DNA of 64,000 nt from Candidatus Puniceispirillum sp. GTDB lineage: Bacteria > Pseudomonadota > Alphaproteobacteria > Caedimonadales > UBA1908. The translations under genes and the position numbers were made by a program. Each line of letters opens with the position of its first letter. Position 1 is the first letter of the stretch. The stretch lies in assembly GCA_013822015.1 (NCBI GenBank), contig PNJU01000005.1, positions 72,071 to 136,070 on the forward strand, read 5' to 3'. Positions 47,522 through 58,135 of the stretch are shown here, piece by piece. The notes beneath the pieces are model-generated. The model did not search any database. It was not told the DNA's origin and saw only the letters and a list, made by a program, of their open reading frames with translations.

Positions 47522-47645
47522 TTCTGCGGGGTGAAAAAGTCCTTTGTGTCACCCCTACAGACAAGCTATAGTATATGTTACAGTGAGAGGAAAGAAAAAA
47601 AGCTAGCGTCCTGAATAGGATCTGGCGGATAACGGGGAATTTCAG

Positions 47646-48512
47646 GTGTTTTTCGCAGGATTAGGTGTTCTTTTTGTTTGCGTCTTTGGTGTGTATATCA
47701 TCGAAGACGGAAATATTATGATTATCCTCCACGCAGCCCCCTGGGAGCTTATCACAATTTTTGGTGCGGCTGTGGGTGCCATGATCATTGGCACACCTAA
47801 GCATATTCTGTCAAAACTTGGAGGATCCTTCGGCCAGATGTTGAAGGGGCCCGTTTACACCCAGGAAACGTATTTAGAACTTCTTTGTCTTCTCTACCAG
47901 ATTTTTAAGCTTTCCCAGGCAAAGGGAATGCTCGCCCTTGAACCCCACGTGGAAACTCCCCACGAAAGCACCATTTTCGGCGCCTTCCCAACCATCAAAG
48001 AGGATCACCATGTGGTGGAGTTCATCTGTGACTACCTGCGTATGGTGACCATGGGTACGGATAATTCTCACCAGATTGAAGATCTGATCAATGAAGAGCT
48101 TGAGGTCCACCATGCGGAACTTCATCAAATTGCGGGTGTCTTTAGCACCATGGGAGATGGTCTGCCTGCCCTTGGTATCGTGGCGGCGGTGTTGGGCGTG
48201 ATCAAGACCATGGCGGCCATTGACCAGCCTCCTGCTGTTTTAGGAAAAATGATTGGAAGCGCCCTGGTGGGTACGTTTCTTGGCGTGTTTTTGGCCTATG
48301 GAATCGTGGGCCCCACGGCCAATAGCCTGAAAGCACTCTATGATCAGGACGGCAAAATCTTTGCGTGCGTAAAGGCTGCGCTCATTGCCTATTTAAATGG
48401 GCACGCGCCCGCCATTGCCGTTGAGTTTGCCAGAAAAGCGATTCCCACGCATTTGCGCCCCTCATTCTATGATGTGGAGGCAAAGTTGGGTGAGCTTTCA
48501 GCGCCGTCCTAG
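47646..48512 (+). CDS. motA: Flagellar motor stator protein MotA
   Basis: GMLALEPHVE, FICDYLR, LPALGIVAAVLGVI, ALVGTFLG, AVEFARK. Confidence 0.96.
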   Translation: MFFAGLGVLFVCVFGVYIIEDGNIMIILHAAPWELITIFGAAVGAMIIGTPKHILSKLGGSFGQMLKGPVYTQETYLELLCLLYQIFKLSQAKGMLALEPHVETPHESTIFGAFPTIKEDHHVVEFICDYLRMVTMGTDNSHQIEDLINEELEVHHAELHQIAGVFSTMGDGLPALGIVAAVLGVIKTMAAIDQPPAVLGKMIGSALVGTFLGVFLAYGIVGPTANSLKALYDQDGKIFACVKAALIAYLNGHAPAIAVEFARKAIPTHLRPSFYDVEAKLGELSAPS

Positions 48513-48522
48513 GGGGTAAGTC

Positions 48523-49803
48523 ATGTCCGACGCCCCCATTATCATTAAGAAAATAAAAAAAGGTGGTCACGAGGGTCACCATGGTGGCGCGTGGAAGGTT
48601 GCCTACGCTGACTTCGTGACGGCTATGATGGCCTTCTTCTTGCTCATGTGGCTCCTCAACGCCACAACGGAGCAGCAAAAGCGTGGTCTTGCAAATTACT
48701 TCGGCCCCCCTGGAGATCGCCTTGGTGCGGGGGGAAGTGGAGGTATCCTGGGCGGTTTGTCTGTCGAGTCAGACGGCAATTATAAATCAACAAAATCTAC
48801 CTCACCCGTCACGGACACAGCCGCAAATCCGCGCAGTAAACCCCAGGCAGATCCCGATGAGGGGACAGGGCCCGCGGACGGTGCAACAACAGACGCCGCG
48901 TCCGACCAAGGCTTGTCTGCGCCCAGCAAAAGCCAAGGTGGACAGCCCCACGTTGATCCCCAAGGTGTTGATGATACCCCAAACTTTGCAGGTGTGGACG
49001 ATCAGCAAGGCCTGGGATTTAGCCAGACAGACGCCGCGAACATGCTTGATACCTATGAGGAGCAACTTTTTGGAGAAGCCGCCGACAGCTTGAAAAAAGC
49101 CCTTAAGGAAAATCCTGATATGTCGGATCTGGCGGGCAATATCTTGGTGGACAAGACACCAGAGGGCCTTCGCATCCAATTAATTGATAAAGATAAATTC
49201 TCCATGTTCCCCAATGGAAGTGCCGTGATGCTGCCCAAGACAAAAGAGTTAATCAAACGCATTGTGATGGCCATCCAAAAGCTGCCTAACAAGATTTCTA
49301 TTGCAGGGCACACGGACGCCAAACCCTTTGCAACAGGCAATGGTTATACCAATTGGGAGCTGTCTTCTGACCGCGCCAATGCCACAAGGCGTGAGCTTGT
49401 GGCGGATGGTCTGCCCGCCGATCGCATCGTCTCCGTTGTGGGGCGCGCCGAGCGTCAGCCCCTCGTGCCCGACAAGCCAGAAGACGATCAGAATCGACGT
49501 ATTAGTATTGTGCTCATGAAAGGGCCAGGCGCCAAGAAACAAGGGGCGCCCAAGGCTACCGCCCAGGGCGCAGCTCACACCCCCCAGGCGCAATCAGGTC
49601 CAGGAGCGGCGTCACAGGCAGGGGCAGCACCCACAGCGCAAGCACAGACGCAACCTGCTCCACCTCCTCTTCAGACACCCAACGGTCCTGCCTTCGTGGC
49701 AGGCAGTGCCCCGCCGGCGGCTGCACCACCTGCCTCCGCGACTCCCCCAGCAGCTGCACCACCTGCCCCGCCAACGGCCCCGACACCCGCAGCAGCCCAT
49801 TGA
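48523..49803 (+). CDS. motB: Flagellar motor stator protein MotB with Pro/Ala-rich C-terminal tail
   Basis: HGGAWKVAYADFVTAMMAFFLLMWL; OmpA-like domain GHTD…NWELSSDRANA…NRRISI. Confidence 0.96.
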   Translation: MSDAPIIIKKIKKGGHEGHHGGAWKVAYADFVTAMMAFFLLMWLLNATTEQQKRGLANYFGPPGDRLGAGGSGGILGGLSVESDGNYKSTKSTSPVTDTAANPRSKPQADPDEGTGPADGATTDAASDQGLSAPSKSQGGQPHVDPQGVDDTPNFAGVDDQQGLGFSQTDAANMLDTYEEQLFGEAADSLKKALKENPDMSDLAGNILVDKTPEGLRIQLIDKDKFSMFPNGSAVMLPKTKELIKRIVMAIQKLPNKISIAGHTDAKPFATGNGYTNWELSSDRANATRRELVADGLPADRIVSVVGRAERQPLVPDKPEDDQNRRISIVLMKGPGAKKQGAPKATAQGAAHTPQAQSGPGAASQAGAAPTAQAQTQPAPPPLQTPNGPAFVAGSAPPAAAPPASATPPAAAPPAPPTAPTPAAAH

Positions 49804-49813
49804 GGCAAGCGCG

Positions 49814-50287
49814 TTATGGGTGCAGGGCTTGAATCTTGTGCACCATCTCAGCGTCCCCAGCCGCTTCAAAGGCTTGGATTGCCATGGGGGCGTCAATGTC
49901 CGAAATCTCGCCCTTCTCAAAAAGCTCTCGCCAGTAGGGGAGGGACTTATTGAAATACTGTTTCTTCTGGTCTGCACCTGGGCTTGCCTGCGCCGCCCGC
50001 ACGTAGATGTGCGCTGCACTTATAATGATGGAGGTGTGATGCCCTACAAACTCTGGGTCTTGCGCAATTTGTCCATAAAGATCAGCTGATTGTGCGAGTA
50101 AAGTTGCTTTTCGGGCCGGATCTGCTTCTGTGAGAGACTGGCTTGCAAGGGAGGACGCCCTCTTAAGAATATCTTTCGCGCTTTCCTGGTGAGGCTGCGT
50201 CATGCTGGCATTGAATTCGGGCAGCGACGCGCTGAGCGGCACAGTCATAAGGGCGCACAGGGCACTGGCCAAATAAAAACGGTGCAT
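49814..50287 (-). CDS. Hypothetical secreted, predicted all-helical protein
   Basis: AGGAG RBS; signal peptide MHRFYLASALCALMTVPLSA; Ala-rich helical segments. Confidence 0.6.
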   Translation of the reverse strand: MHRFYLASALCALMTVPLSASLPEFNASMTQPHQESAKDILKRASSLASQSLTEADPARKATLLAQSADLYGQIAQDPEFVGHHTSIIISAAHIYVRAAQASPGADQKKQYFNKSLPYWRELFEKGEISDIDAPMAIQAFEAAGDAEMVHKIQALHP

Positions 50288-50298
50288 AAGATTTCTCC

Positions 50299-51426
50299 TT
50301 AATGTTGACGGGGAATGTGTTTTTTTTCACGGGAGGACAAAAGTAGATGTGCCTCGCGCGCCATATAGGCTTCCTCGTTGGCGACAATAATGTGGATGGG
50401 CTTCTTTCCCAAAAAGGAGAGGCGTTCCAAAATCATGTCGCGTATGGGAGCGGCTTTTTCGCCAATCCCTCCCGTGAAGACAAAGGCATCAACGCCGTCC
50501 ATGGCCACGCACATGGACGCCATATACTGGGCAACGCGGTAGGCAAAGACCTCAAGGGCAAAGCGTGCGTTGGGGTCTGGTGAGGCAAGCAGGTCCTTGG
50601 CTTCGCCGGACAGTCCTGACAGCCCCTTCAGGCCAGATTCTTCATAGAGGCAATCAGTCACCTCATCCAAACCCATCTCAAGGGCTTCTAACATAAACAG
50701 AACCACGCCCGGATCGATGCTGCCCGAGCGTGTTCCCATGGGAGGGCCCTCAAGGGCCGTCATACCCATGGACGTATCCATGCTGATACCCCCCTTCATG
50801 GCGCACACACTGGCGCCTCCCCCCAGGTGAGCCGCCACAACACGGCCGCGATAGCTCTCAGGGTGCTCCTTCTTTAAAATACGTGCGGTCCACGCATAGG
50901 ACAGGCCATGAAAACCATAGCGTCGTACGCCTTTTTCACGCACGCGTGAGGGCAGGGCGAGTGTCGTGGCAAAAAGGGGCAGAGTCGTGTGAAAAGCCGT
51001 GTCAAAGGCCCCCATTTGGATGGCATGGGGGAGAAGTGTTTGGGCAATGCGCACGCCGGCCAAATTGTGGGGCTGGTGCAAAGGGGCGAGGCTTTCAAAC
51101 TGGGTCAGTGCGCTTAGGACACTGGTTGTCAAAATGCAGGATTTTGTAAAGAGAGTGCCGCCGTGGACAATGCGGTGAATGACCCCAGTGATGTGACTGC
51201 GCGATGGTGTGTGCTCAAAGATGGCGTCCACCGCGTCTTCGTGGGTTGCCTCTTGGGCGAGAAGCTCGCTCACCCCCTGACTGGTGGTAAGGCGTGGGGC
51301 TGTGCCGATGGCCTTGACGCTACCCGACAGGACGAGAGTTTGCTCCAAGTTTTGCTCAAAAAGTGCAAACTTCACACTGGTGGAGCCCACATTCAAACAT
51401 AGGAGATAGGAAGGCGTGTGGGTCAT
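50299..51426 (-). CDS. ackA: Acetate/propionate kinase
   Basis: NVGSTSVKF, HRIVHGG, APLHQP, FDTAFH, RRYGFHGLSY, HLGGGAS, FTGGIGE. Confidence 0.96.
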   Translation of the reverse strand: MTHTPSYLLCLNVGSTSVKFALFEQNLEQTLVLSGSVKAIGTAPRLTTSQGVSELLAQEATHEDAVDAIFEHTPSRSHITGVIHRIVHGGTLFTKSCILTTSVLSALTQFESLAPLHQPHNLAGVRIAQTLLPHAIQMGAFDTAFHTTLPLFATTLALPSRVREKGVRRYGFHGLSYAWTARILKKEHPESYRGRVVAAHLGGGASVCAMKGGISMDTSMGMTALEGPPMGTRSGSIDPGVVLFMLEALEMGLDEVTDCLYEESGLKGLSGLSGEAKDLLASPDPNARFALEVFAYRVAQYMASMCVAMDGVDAFVFTGGIGEKAAPIRDMILERLSFLGKKPIHIIVANEEAYMAREAHLLLSSREKKHIPRQH

Positions 51427-52829
51427 GACGTCCCCTTACAGTTGAGGAGCACCGCCAAAGCGCAAGACATGAGGCGGGTGCGCAAATTGTCGGCCCGTGA
51501 TGTGAGAATAATGGGTACTTTTGCGCCCAACACAAGACCCGCGGCTTCTGCGTGGGCAAGAAAGGTCAGCTGTTTGGCCAACATGTTGGCGGCCTCTAAA
51601 TTGGGTGCAATGAAAATATCGGCGTCACCTGCCACCTGTGAGACGATGCCTTTTTCAAGGGCGGCCTCACGGCTGACGGCGTTATCAAAGGCCAGTGGTC
51701 CGTCTAAAATGCCCCCCTTGATTTGACCGCGGTCGGCCATTTTGCATAGGGCGCTGGCGTCCAGGGTTGCCTGCATTTTGGATGTCACCGTCTCAACGGC
51801 CGCAAGAAGTGCCACTTTAGGATCGGTTTTGTACCCAAAAATCGCATGCCAAAGGTCAATGGCGTTTTGGCAGATATCTGCCTTTTCATCTAAAGACGGA
51901 GCAATGTTGATGGCTGCGTCGGTGATAAGGAAGGGCTTGTGATAGGTCGCTATATCCATGATATAGGCATGACTCATGCGCCGCCCAGTGCGCAGACCCG
52001 AGTCCTTTGCCACAACCGCCTCCAAAAGCTCGTGGGTCTGAATGGCGCCTTTCATGATGGCGTGTACGTCGCCCGCTGCCGCCATGGCCACAGCCGCTTG
52101 GGCCGATGCGTGACTGTGGGGTGTATCAACAATCTCAAAGCCATCAAGGGAAATACCTGCGTCCTTTGCAACCTCCAAAAGGCGCGCACGCGGCCCAATG
52201 AGCACACTTTCAAGAAGGCGCGCTTCACGCCCTGCAACAACGGTTTCCAGCACCTGGGTCTGAAGGGGATGGACCACACCCACCCGCAGGGGCGCACGCC
52301 CCTTGCAAAGGCCAAGGAGAATCTCGTAGTGATCCTCGTTTTGGATCTCCACACGGGGCAGGTGATGACGTGGCAAGCGGATATGCTCCAGTGGCACCAA
52401 CACGTGGGAGATGCCTTCCAACACAACCTCGTGTTTCTCATTGTAAATAGTACAGTCAAAGGTCGCGATGGGTTTGTCCGGGTGCTTTTCTTTGACGGTG
52501 ATAATGGCGGTGATGGTATCCCCTAGTTTGACCGGCCTTTTGAAGGTAAAGCTTTGATCCAGATAGATGGTGCCGGGTCCTGGCAACACGTTGCCAAGAA
52601 GCGTGGAGATGAGGGAACCTGTCCAAAGGCCGTGTCCAATGATTCCGTGGAAATGGCTGCTTTGGGCGTAGGACTCATCCATGTGCGCGGGGTTTACATC
52701 CCCTGTGACGGTGGCAAAAAGCTCCGTATCCTCCTTTGTAAGGGTACGCGTAAGGCGTGCCTGGCGCCCTATGGTGAGGGCGTCAAAGGGAACATTTTCG
52801 ATGTAGTCATCCTGGGTCATGATTCTCAC
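51423..52829 (-). CDS. Bifunctional MaoC-type enoyl-CoA hydratase / phosphate acetyl(butyryl)transferase
   Basis: N-terminal GDVNPAH, LPGPGTIY; C-terminal PTA/PTB with DAAINIAP, DGPLAFDNAVS, PIILTSRAD. Confidence 0.93.
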   Translation of the reverse strand: MRIMTQDDYIENVPFDALTIGRQARLTRTLTKEDTELFATVTGDVNPAHMDESYAQSSHFHGIIGHGLWTGSLISTLLGNVLPGPGTIYLDQSFTFKRPVKLGDTITAIITVKEKHPDKPIATFDCTIYNEKHEVVLEGISHVLVPLEHIRLPRHHLPRVEIQNEDHYEILLGLCKGRAPLRVGVVHPLQTQVLETVVAGREARLLESVLIGPRARLLEVAKDAGISLDGFEIVDTPHSHASAQAAVAMAAAGDVHAIMKGAIQTHELLEAVVAKDSGLRTGRRMSHAYIMDIATYHKPFLITDAAINIAPSLDEKADICQNAIDLWHAIFGYKTDPKVALLAAVETVTSKMQATLDASALCKMADRGQIKGGILDGPLAFDNAVSREAALEKGIVSQVAGDADIFIAPNLEAANMLAKQLTFLAHAEAAGLVLGAKVPIILTSRADNLRTRLMSCALAVLLNCKGTS

Positions 52830-54535
52830 CTATGTAAAACGTATGTGCCTGGCGCTGCGCCCAGATTGTCAAGGGGAGGGGGAGGGGGCGCTTTTTCTGG
52901 CGTGCCATTTGCCTCTAGCCACCGATCCCACGCAAGCCACCATGAACCTGGCTGGCGCGTGGCCGTGTCTCGCCATGTTTGAGGATCGATATAGGGATCG
53001 CCGCTGCCACGCTCTTTTTCAAGGAAAAAGCGCCCCGCGTGCCCGGGTTCGCTCACAATGCCCACATTATGTCCGCCCTTGGCCAAAATAAAGGTTACGT
53101 CCCCATTCACCATGAGGTGTATTTTATAAACGGACTCCCAGGGGGCCACGTGGTCGCGGTCAGTGCCCACGGCAAAAACGGGGACGTGGATGTTTTCGGC
53201 GGCGACCGCTTTCCCTTCAACGGTATAGTGGCCTTCCGCAAATTCATTGTTGAGAAAAAGGCGTTCAAGGTAGGCGCTGTGCATATCGCAAGGCATGCGC
53301 GTCGTGTCTGCGTTCCATGCCATAAAGTCCACGGTGCCACGCCGCATCCCATGGAGATAGTCATTGATGATTTTCGACCAGATGAGGTCGTAGGAGCGCA
53401 GCATCTGAAAGGCGCCGGCCATTTGTTTTGTGTCCAGATACCCTTGGGCTTTCATGATATTTTGCAGAAACGAAACTTGGCTGGGGGTGATGAACAGCAT
53501 CAGCTCCCCCGCATCAGAAAAGTCACCCTGGGCCGCAAGAAGTGTCAGGCTTTTGAGGCGCTTGTCCCCCTTGAGCGCCATAGTGGCTGCCGCAATCATG
53601 GCAAGGGTTCCCCCAAGACAGTAGCCTGCCAGGTGGATTTTGTTTTTTCCACATGTTTTTGAGACCACGTCAAGGGCCGTCATAATCCCAAGGTTTTGAT
53701 AGTCATCCATGGTGAGATGGGCGTCTTCACGGTCTGGGTTCTTCCAAGAAATCATGAAGACCGTGTGCCCCCTTTCCACAAGCCAGCGTACAAGGGAGTT
53801 GGCCGGGGACAAATCCAGGATGTAGTACTTCATGATCCAAGCGGGCACAATCAAGATTGGCTCTTGATGCACCGTGGGCGTTTGGGGGCTGTATTGAATG
53901 AGCTCCATCAGTTCATTGCGATAAACCACCTGGCCAGGTGTGACAGCCAAGTTTCTTCCGACTTGAAAATGCATGCCATCGTCGGCAGGTAGCCCCATGA
54001 GCATGTGATGTATGTCGTGGAGGAAATTTCGGGCCCCCCGCACCAGGTTCTCGCCTTTCTTGGCGATGGTTTCGCCTGCCAGCTCTGGATTTGTCATGGG
54101 AAAATTGGCAGGACAAAGGGCGTCCATCAGTTGACGTGCGCCAAAGGAAACAATGCGCTGGGACCGCTCATCAAGGCCGGGCACGTCCTGTGTGGCCAGG
54201 CTAAGCCATTCTTCCGCCATATGAAAACCGTACCTGTAGGCGCGCCAGGGCCACTGGTTCCAGCTTTCGGATTTAAAGCGCGGGTCAGGTCCTTCTCCAT
54301 TTTGAGGATGTGCGTCACTGCCAAAAAGGCAACGCCAATATTCTTGGGTGTGAAAGCTGGGGTAGGTGGCGAGCTCCATCATCTTGCCGGGCGCTTGCCA
54401 CATGTGCAGCGCCCACGTCCCAAGAGCAGACGTGACACTTGCCGGGCTGATACCCAAGGTTGCGCGGGCTAGCCTTGCCTGCCACAGGGCGTCAAAGGAG
54501 CGAAAGAGATCACTTCGATTTTCATTTGCGGACAT
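52826..54535 (-). CDS. phaC: Polyhydroxyalkanoate synthase (class I-like)
   Basis: TPGQVVYRN, KYYILDL, lipase box GYCLGGT, DHVAPW, GGHNVG, GSWW, APGTYV. Confidence 0.95.
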   Translation of the reverse strand: MSANENRSDLFRSFDALWQARLARATLGISPASVTSALGTWALHMWQAPGKMMELATYPSFHTQEYWRCLFGSDAHPQNGEGPDPRFKSESWNQWPWRAYRYGFHMAEEWLSLATQDVPGLDERSQRIVSFGARQLMDALCPANFPMTNPELAGETIAKKGENLVRGARNFLHDIHHMLMGLPADDGMHFQVGRNLAVTPGQVVYRNELMELIQYSPQTPTVHQEPILIVPAWIMKYYILDLSPANSLVRWLVERGHTVFMISWKNPDREDAHLTMDDYQNLGIMTALDVVSKTCGKNKIHLAGYCLGGTLAMIAAATMALKGDKRLKSLTLLAAQGDFSDAGELMLFITPSQVSFLQNIMKAQGYLDTKQMAGAFQMLRSYDLIWSKIINDYLHGMRRGTVDFMAWNADTTRMPCDMHSAYLERLFLNNEFAEGHYTVEGKAVAAENIHVPVFAVGTDRDHVAPWESVYKIHLMVNGDVTFILAKGGHNVGIVSEPGHAGRFFLEKERGSGDPYIDPQTWRDTATRQPGSWWLAWDRWLEANGTPEKAPPPPPLDNLGAAPGTYVLHR

Positions 54536-54623
54536 AGGCGCCTACCCTGTTGGGTTTTCTTCTAGCTTAAAGAAAAACAAAGGCTTTCACAAGGTGGGTG
54601 ACCAATAGGGCGCACAAAAGCAC

Positions 54624-55724
54624 TTATGCGCTTTTTGCGGGCTCCATGTAGAGAGAGCGACTTGGAAAGGCAAAGTGCGCTGCGTTTTCCTCAACGATTT
54701 TCTTGAAGGTCAACAGACACTGCTCCCTTACTTCCACATAAGCTTGGGAGGAGGTCTGGTTGGTGTAGAACGCCAGCTTCAAAAGAATGCCACTGTCCCC
54801 AAACCCATGGGCGCGTATGGTGGGCTTGAGGTCATCATCGTCAGTGACAATGTGTATGTTATGATCAAGGTAAGCTTTGAAAGTCCTCAAGATATTCTCA
54901 AGGGAATGACTCGGGGTGTCGTAGCGCAGACTCACCTGCCACTCAATGCGGCGGTGGGTCATTTTGGTGTAATTGGTCACAGGGCCATCGGACAATTTAA
55001 TATTCGTCACAACGGTAATGGATTTATCAAACTGCCGGATAAGGGTTGTACGCAGGCCGATGTGTTCCACAACACCTTCAATGTCGCCGACTTTGATCCA
55101 TTCACCCTTGCGCAGGGTCTGATCCATAAAAATGGCAATGGAGCCAAAAAGATTGGCAATGCTGTCTTTGGCTGCAAAACCCACCGCTGCCGTTAATAAA
55201 CCAAGTCCCCCGAGGAACGCGCCCACATTAATGCCCCAACCCTCCAGGACATACATAAGTCCCAAGGTTGCCACCAGGATTTTGGTGATGGTGGTTGTAA
55301 AATGAAGAAGCTCCGGCGTAATGCCTGAGGTCCAGTCGCCCTTAGACTTTTCAAAGAAATAGGAGATGTGGCTGACCAGGCGGTAAAAGGCCCAAAAGAC
55401 CGTGAAGGTAATGATGGTGGCCAAAAGGGTGATAAAGAAGTTGTCCAGCTCTTTAGGAAGATCAAGAATGTGTAGGTTTATGCGCAGGGCAAAGATGATA
55501 AATGCCATGCTTACGGGGGGGGACAAGGCCTCTAAAAGGATGTGATGGAGACCTTCTTGCCCTTCTCTTTTGCGCACAAAGCGGTAAATGAGATTGATGG
55601 CCCAGGTGCTGAAAACCCGGCGAATCACAAGGCTTAAGACAAGGATGGCCGCGGCGGCGGCGACTTGTGCCCACACAGAGTGCCAACAGGTGTCCAGCCA
55701 GCATCCCAGCGTTTTGAAATCCAT
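54624..55724 (-). CDS. MscS-family mechanosensitive channel
   Basis: GFAAKDSIANLFGS, GVVEHIGLRTT, FAFPSRSL. Confidence 0.92.
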   Translation of the reverse strand: MDFKTLGCWLDTCWHSVWAQVAAAAAILVLSLVIRRVFSTWAINLIYRFVRKREGQEGLHHILLEALSPPVSMAFIIFALRINLHILDLPKELDNFFITLLATIITFTVFWAFYRLVSHISYFFEKSKGDWTSGITPELLHFTTTITKILVATLGLMYVLEGWGINVGAFLGGLGLLTAAVGFAAKDSIANLFGSIAIFMDQTLRKGEWIKVGDIEGVVEHIGLRTTLIRQFDKSITVVTNIKLSDGPVTNYTKMTHRRIEWQVSLRYDTPSHSLENILRTFKAYLDHNIHIVTDDDDLKPTIRAHGFGDSGILLKLAFYTNQTSSQAYVEVREQCLLTFKKIVEENAAHFAFPSRSLYMEPAKSA

Positions 55725-55809
55725 TGATCATCCCCTAGAAATGAGTCTTATGTGCAAACTTGCGTCAAGCACGCCCCCTTGTCAAGTCGCCTAGGGGGCG
55801 TCAACGTCT

Positions 55810-56829
55810 CTATTGCAAGTGTTTCTGGGTGACGAGTGTTTCTGCGATTTGGACTGCGTTGAGGGCAGAGCCTTTGCGCAGGTTATCGCAGGCCACCCAG
55901 AAAGTGAGATCATGGGGCGTGCGGGGATTTTGACGCAGGCGGCTGACGAAGGCTGTGTCTTCACCGGCCACGTCGAGAGGTGTGGCAAAGAGCTCTTTGT
56001 CGGCACTATCGAGAAGGCTGATACTTGGGGCACTTTTGAAAATAGCTCGTGCCTCTTGGGGGGAGACTTTCTTGTCAAAGGTGACGTTGAGCGCCGCGCA
56101 GTGCCCCACAAACACCGGTACGCGCACGCATGTGGGCGTAATTTGGATCTGGGGCGAGAGCATCTTTTTCAGCTCCATGATGATTTTGAGTTCCTCGCCC
56201 GTAAACCCGTCCTGCTCAAAGCTGTCAATTTGGGGAATGACGTTAAACGCAATGGGTTTTGAGAAGGCTTGGGGGGGGATATGCTCTGCCACAAAGGTCG
56301 CTTTTGTCTGGAGATATAACTCATCCATGGCTTCTTTCCCAGCACCAGAAACGGACTGGTAGGTGGACACAATCACCTTCTCGATGGTGCCTAAACTTTG
56401 CAGCGGCGCAAGTGTTAGCGCAAGGGGGATGGCCACACAGTTAGGGCTGGCAACAAGGCGCTTCTTTGTGGCCAGGCAGAGCGTTTGGGCGTTCACCTCT
56501 GGCACCACCAAGGGCACGTTTGGCTCCATGCGGTAGGCGGAGGATTTATCGATCACATAGGCCTTAGACGTGCTTAAGATGCGCGGGATGATCTTTTCAG
56601 CGTCCCGGGCATTTGCGCAAAAGAAGACGAGGTCTTCCTTTGAAAAGTCATAAGTGGCAGCGTCTTGAACCTTCAGGACTGTATCCCCAAAGGATACTTC
56701 TGCACCTGTGGAGCGAGAAGAGGCAAGGGGAGTGAGGCGTTCCACGGGGAAGGCCCTCTCGGCAAGGCTCTGGGCAATGGCCCGACCCACATTTCCCGTG
56801 GCACCAACGATGGCAATGCGATAAGCCAT
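55810..56829 (-). CDS. asd: Aspartate-semialdehyde dehydrogenase
   Basis: VGATGNVG, PNC, STYQSVSGAG, CVRVPVFVGH, DNLRKGSALNAVQIAE. Confidence 0.97.
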   Translation of the reverse strand: MAYRIAIVGATGNVGRAIAQSLAERAFPVERLTPLASSRSTGAEVSFGDTVLKVQDAATYDFSKEDLVFFCANARDAEKIIPRILSTSKAYVIDKSSAYRMEPNVPLVVPEVNAQTLCLATKKRLVASPNCVAIPLALTLAPLQSLGTIEKVIVSTYQSVSGAGKEAMDELYLQTKATFVAEHIPPQAFSKPIAFNVIPQIDSFEQDGFTGEELKIIMELKKMLSPQIQITPTCVRVPVFVGHCAALNVTFDKKVSPQEARAIFKSAPSISLLDSADKELFATPLDVAGEDTAFVSRLRQNPRTPHDLTFWVACDNLRKGSALNAVQIAETLVTQKHLQ

Positions 56830-56859
56830 GCCTTACTCCCCTTTTTTTCCTAAAAAGCC

Positions 56860-57987
56860 TTAAGCACTTTGTGCCATGGCTTGGGTTGCGCTGACAAAGG
56901 CGTATCCCAAATCATTGGCTGCGGCCGCGTTGGTGATTTCTCCACGGTAAACCGTCAGTCCCTCACACAAGTGGGCATTTCTAACAAAGGCCTCACGGTA
57001 GCCACGGTTGGCCAGCTCCAATACGTAGGGGAGTGTGGCATTGTTGAGGGCAAATGTCGATGTGCGTGCAACGGCCCCCGGCATGTTGGCCACGCAGTAG
57101 TGCACAACGCCGTCCACAACATAGGTGGGGTCATCATGGGTCGTCGCGCGACTTGTTTCCATGCACCCGCCCTGGTCAATGGCCACATCCACCACAACGG
57201 AGCCTGGACGCATGCGTGATATCATCTCACGTGTCACAAGCTTGGGCGCTGCTGCCGCACCTGGCAAAAGGACGGCGCCAATGACAAGATCTGCGCCCAC
57301 AACGCTGCGCTCCACCGTATCAAGGTTGGAGAAGAGTGTCTGGACACGACCACCAAACATTTCATCGAGCTGTGCAAGGCGCGCAAGGGACCGGTCCACA
57401 ATGGTCACGCGTGCGCCAAGGCCAAGGGCCATGCGTGCCGCGTTGGTGCCCACAACACCGCCGCCAATGACCGTCACCCGGGCTGCCTCAACGCCAGGCA
57501 CGCCGCCCAAAAGAACGCCAGACCCACCGGAGGCAATTTGCAGGGAGTAAGCGCCTACTTGGACGGACATGCGTCCTGCAACTTCGCTCATGGGGCTTAG
57601 AAGCGGGAGTCTGCCCTTATCATCGGTGACGGACTCGTAAGCAATGGCGATACATTTTGACTTAATCAGACCTGCCGCTTGAACGGGATCTGGCGCCAGG
57701 TGAAGATAGGTGAACAACACTTGTCCCTCTCGCAGCTTTTCGCATTCCTCGGGCTGGGGCTCTTTCACCTTCACAATCATGTCCGCTTGGGCAAATACGT
57801 CATCGGCGGTTGGGGCAATGCGCGCACCTGCCTGTGTGTACGCAGCGTCATCAATGCCGATACCTTGACCTGCACCGCTTTGAACAATGACTTCATGGCC
57901 ATTGGCCACAAGCTCACGCACACCACTTGGCACAAGACCAACACGGTACTCACGGGTTTTGATTTCTTTTGGAACACCAACGATCAT
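56860..57987 (-). CDS. ald: Alanine dehydrogenase
   Basis: [46 protein letters not shown]. Confidence 0.98.
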   Translation of the reverse strand: MIVGVPKEIKTREYRVGLVPSGVRELVANGHEVIVQSGAGQGIGIDDAAYTQAGARIAPTADDVFAQADMIVKVKEPQPEECEKLREGQVLFTYLHLAPDPVQAAGLIKSKCIAIAYESVTDDKGRLPLLSPMSEVAGRMSVQVGAYSLQIASGGSGVLLGGVPGVEAARVTVIGGGVVGTNAARMALGLGARVTIVDRSLARLAQLDEMFGGRVQTLFSNLDTVERSVVGADLVIGAVLLPGAAAAPKLVTREMISRMRPGSVVVDVAIDQGGCMETSRATTHDDPTYVVDGVVHYCVANMPGAVARTSTFALNNATLPYVLELANRGYREAFVRNAHLCEGLTVYRGEITNAAAANDLGYAFVSATQAMAQSA

Positions 57988-58135
57988 AGGCCTAATCCTT
58001 ATTTTCTTATTTTACGCTACGTCCGCGCGGCGAGTGAGCACGCGCAATAACGCACCGAAGATCGCACAGTCGGAGAGCGTTGGAAAGAGCAATTTTCCCT
58101 AAATTTTTGACAAAGCTAGAACGCATTGATCTTGT

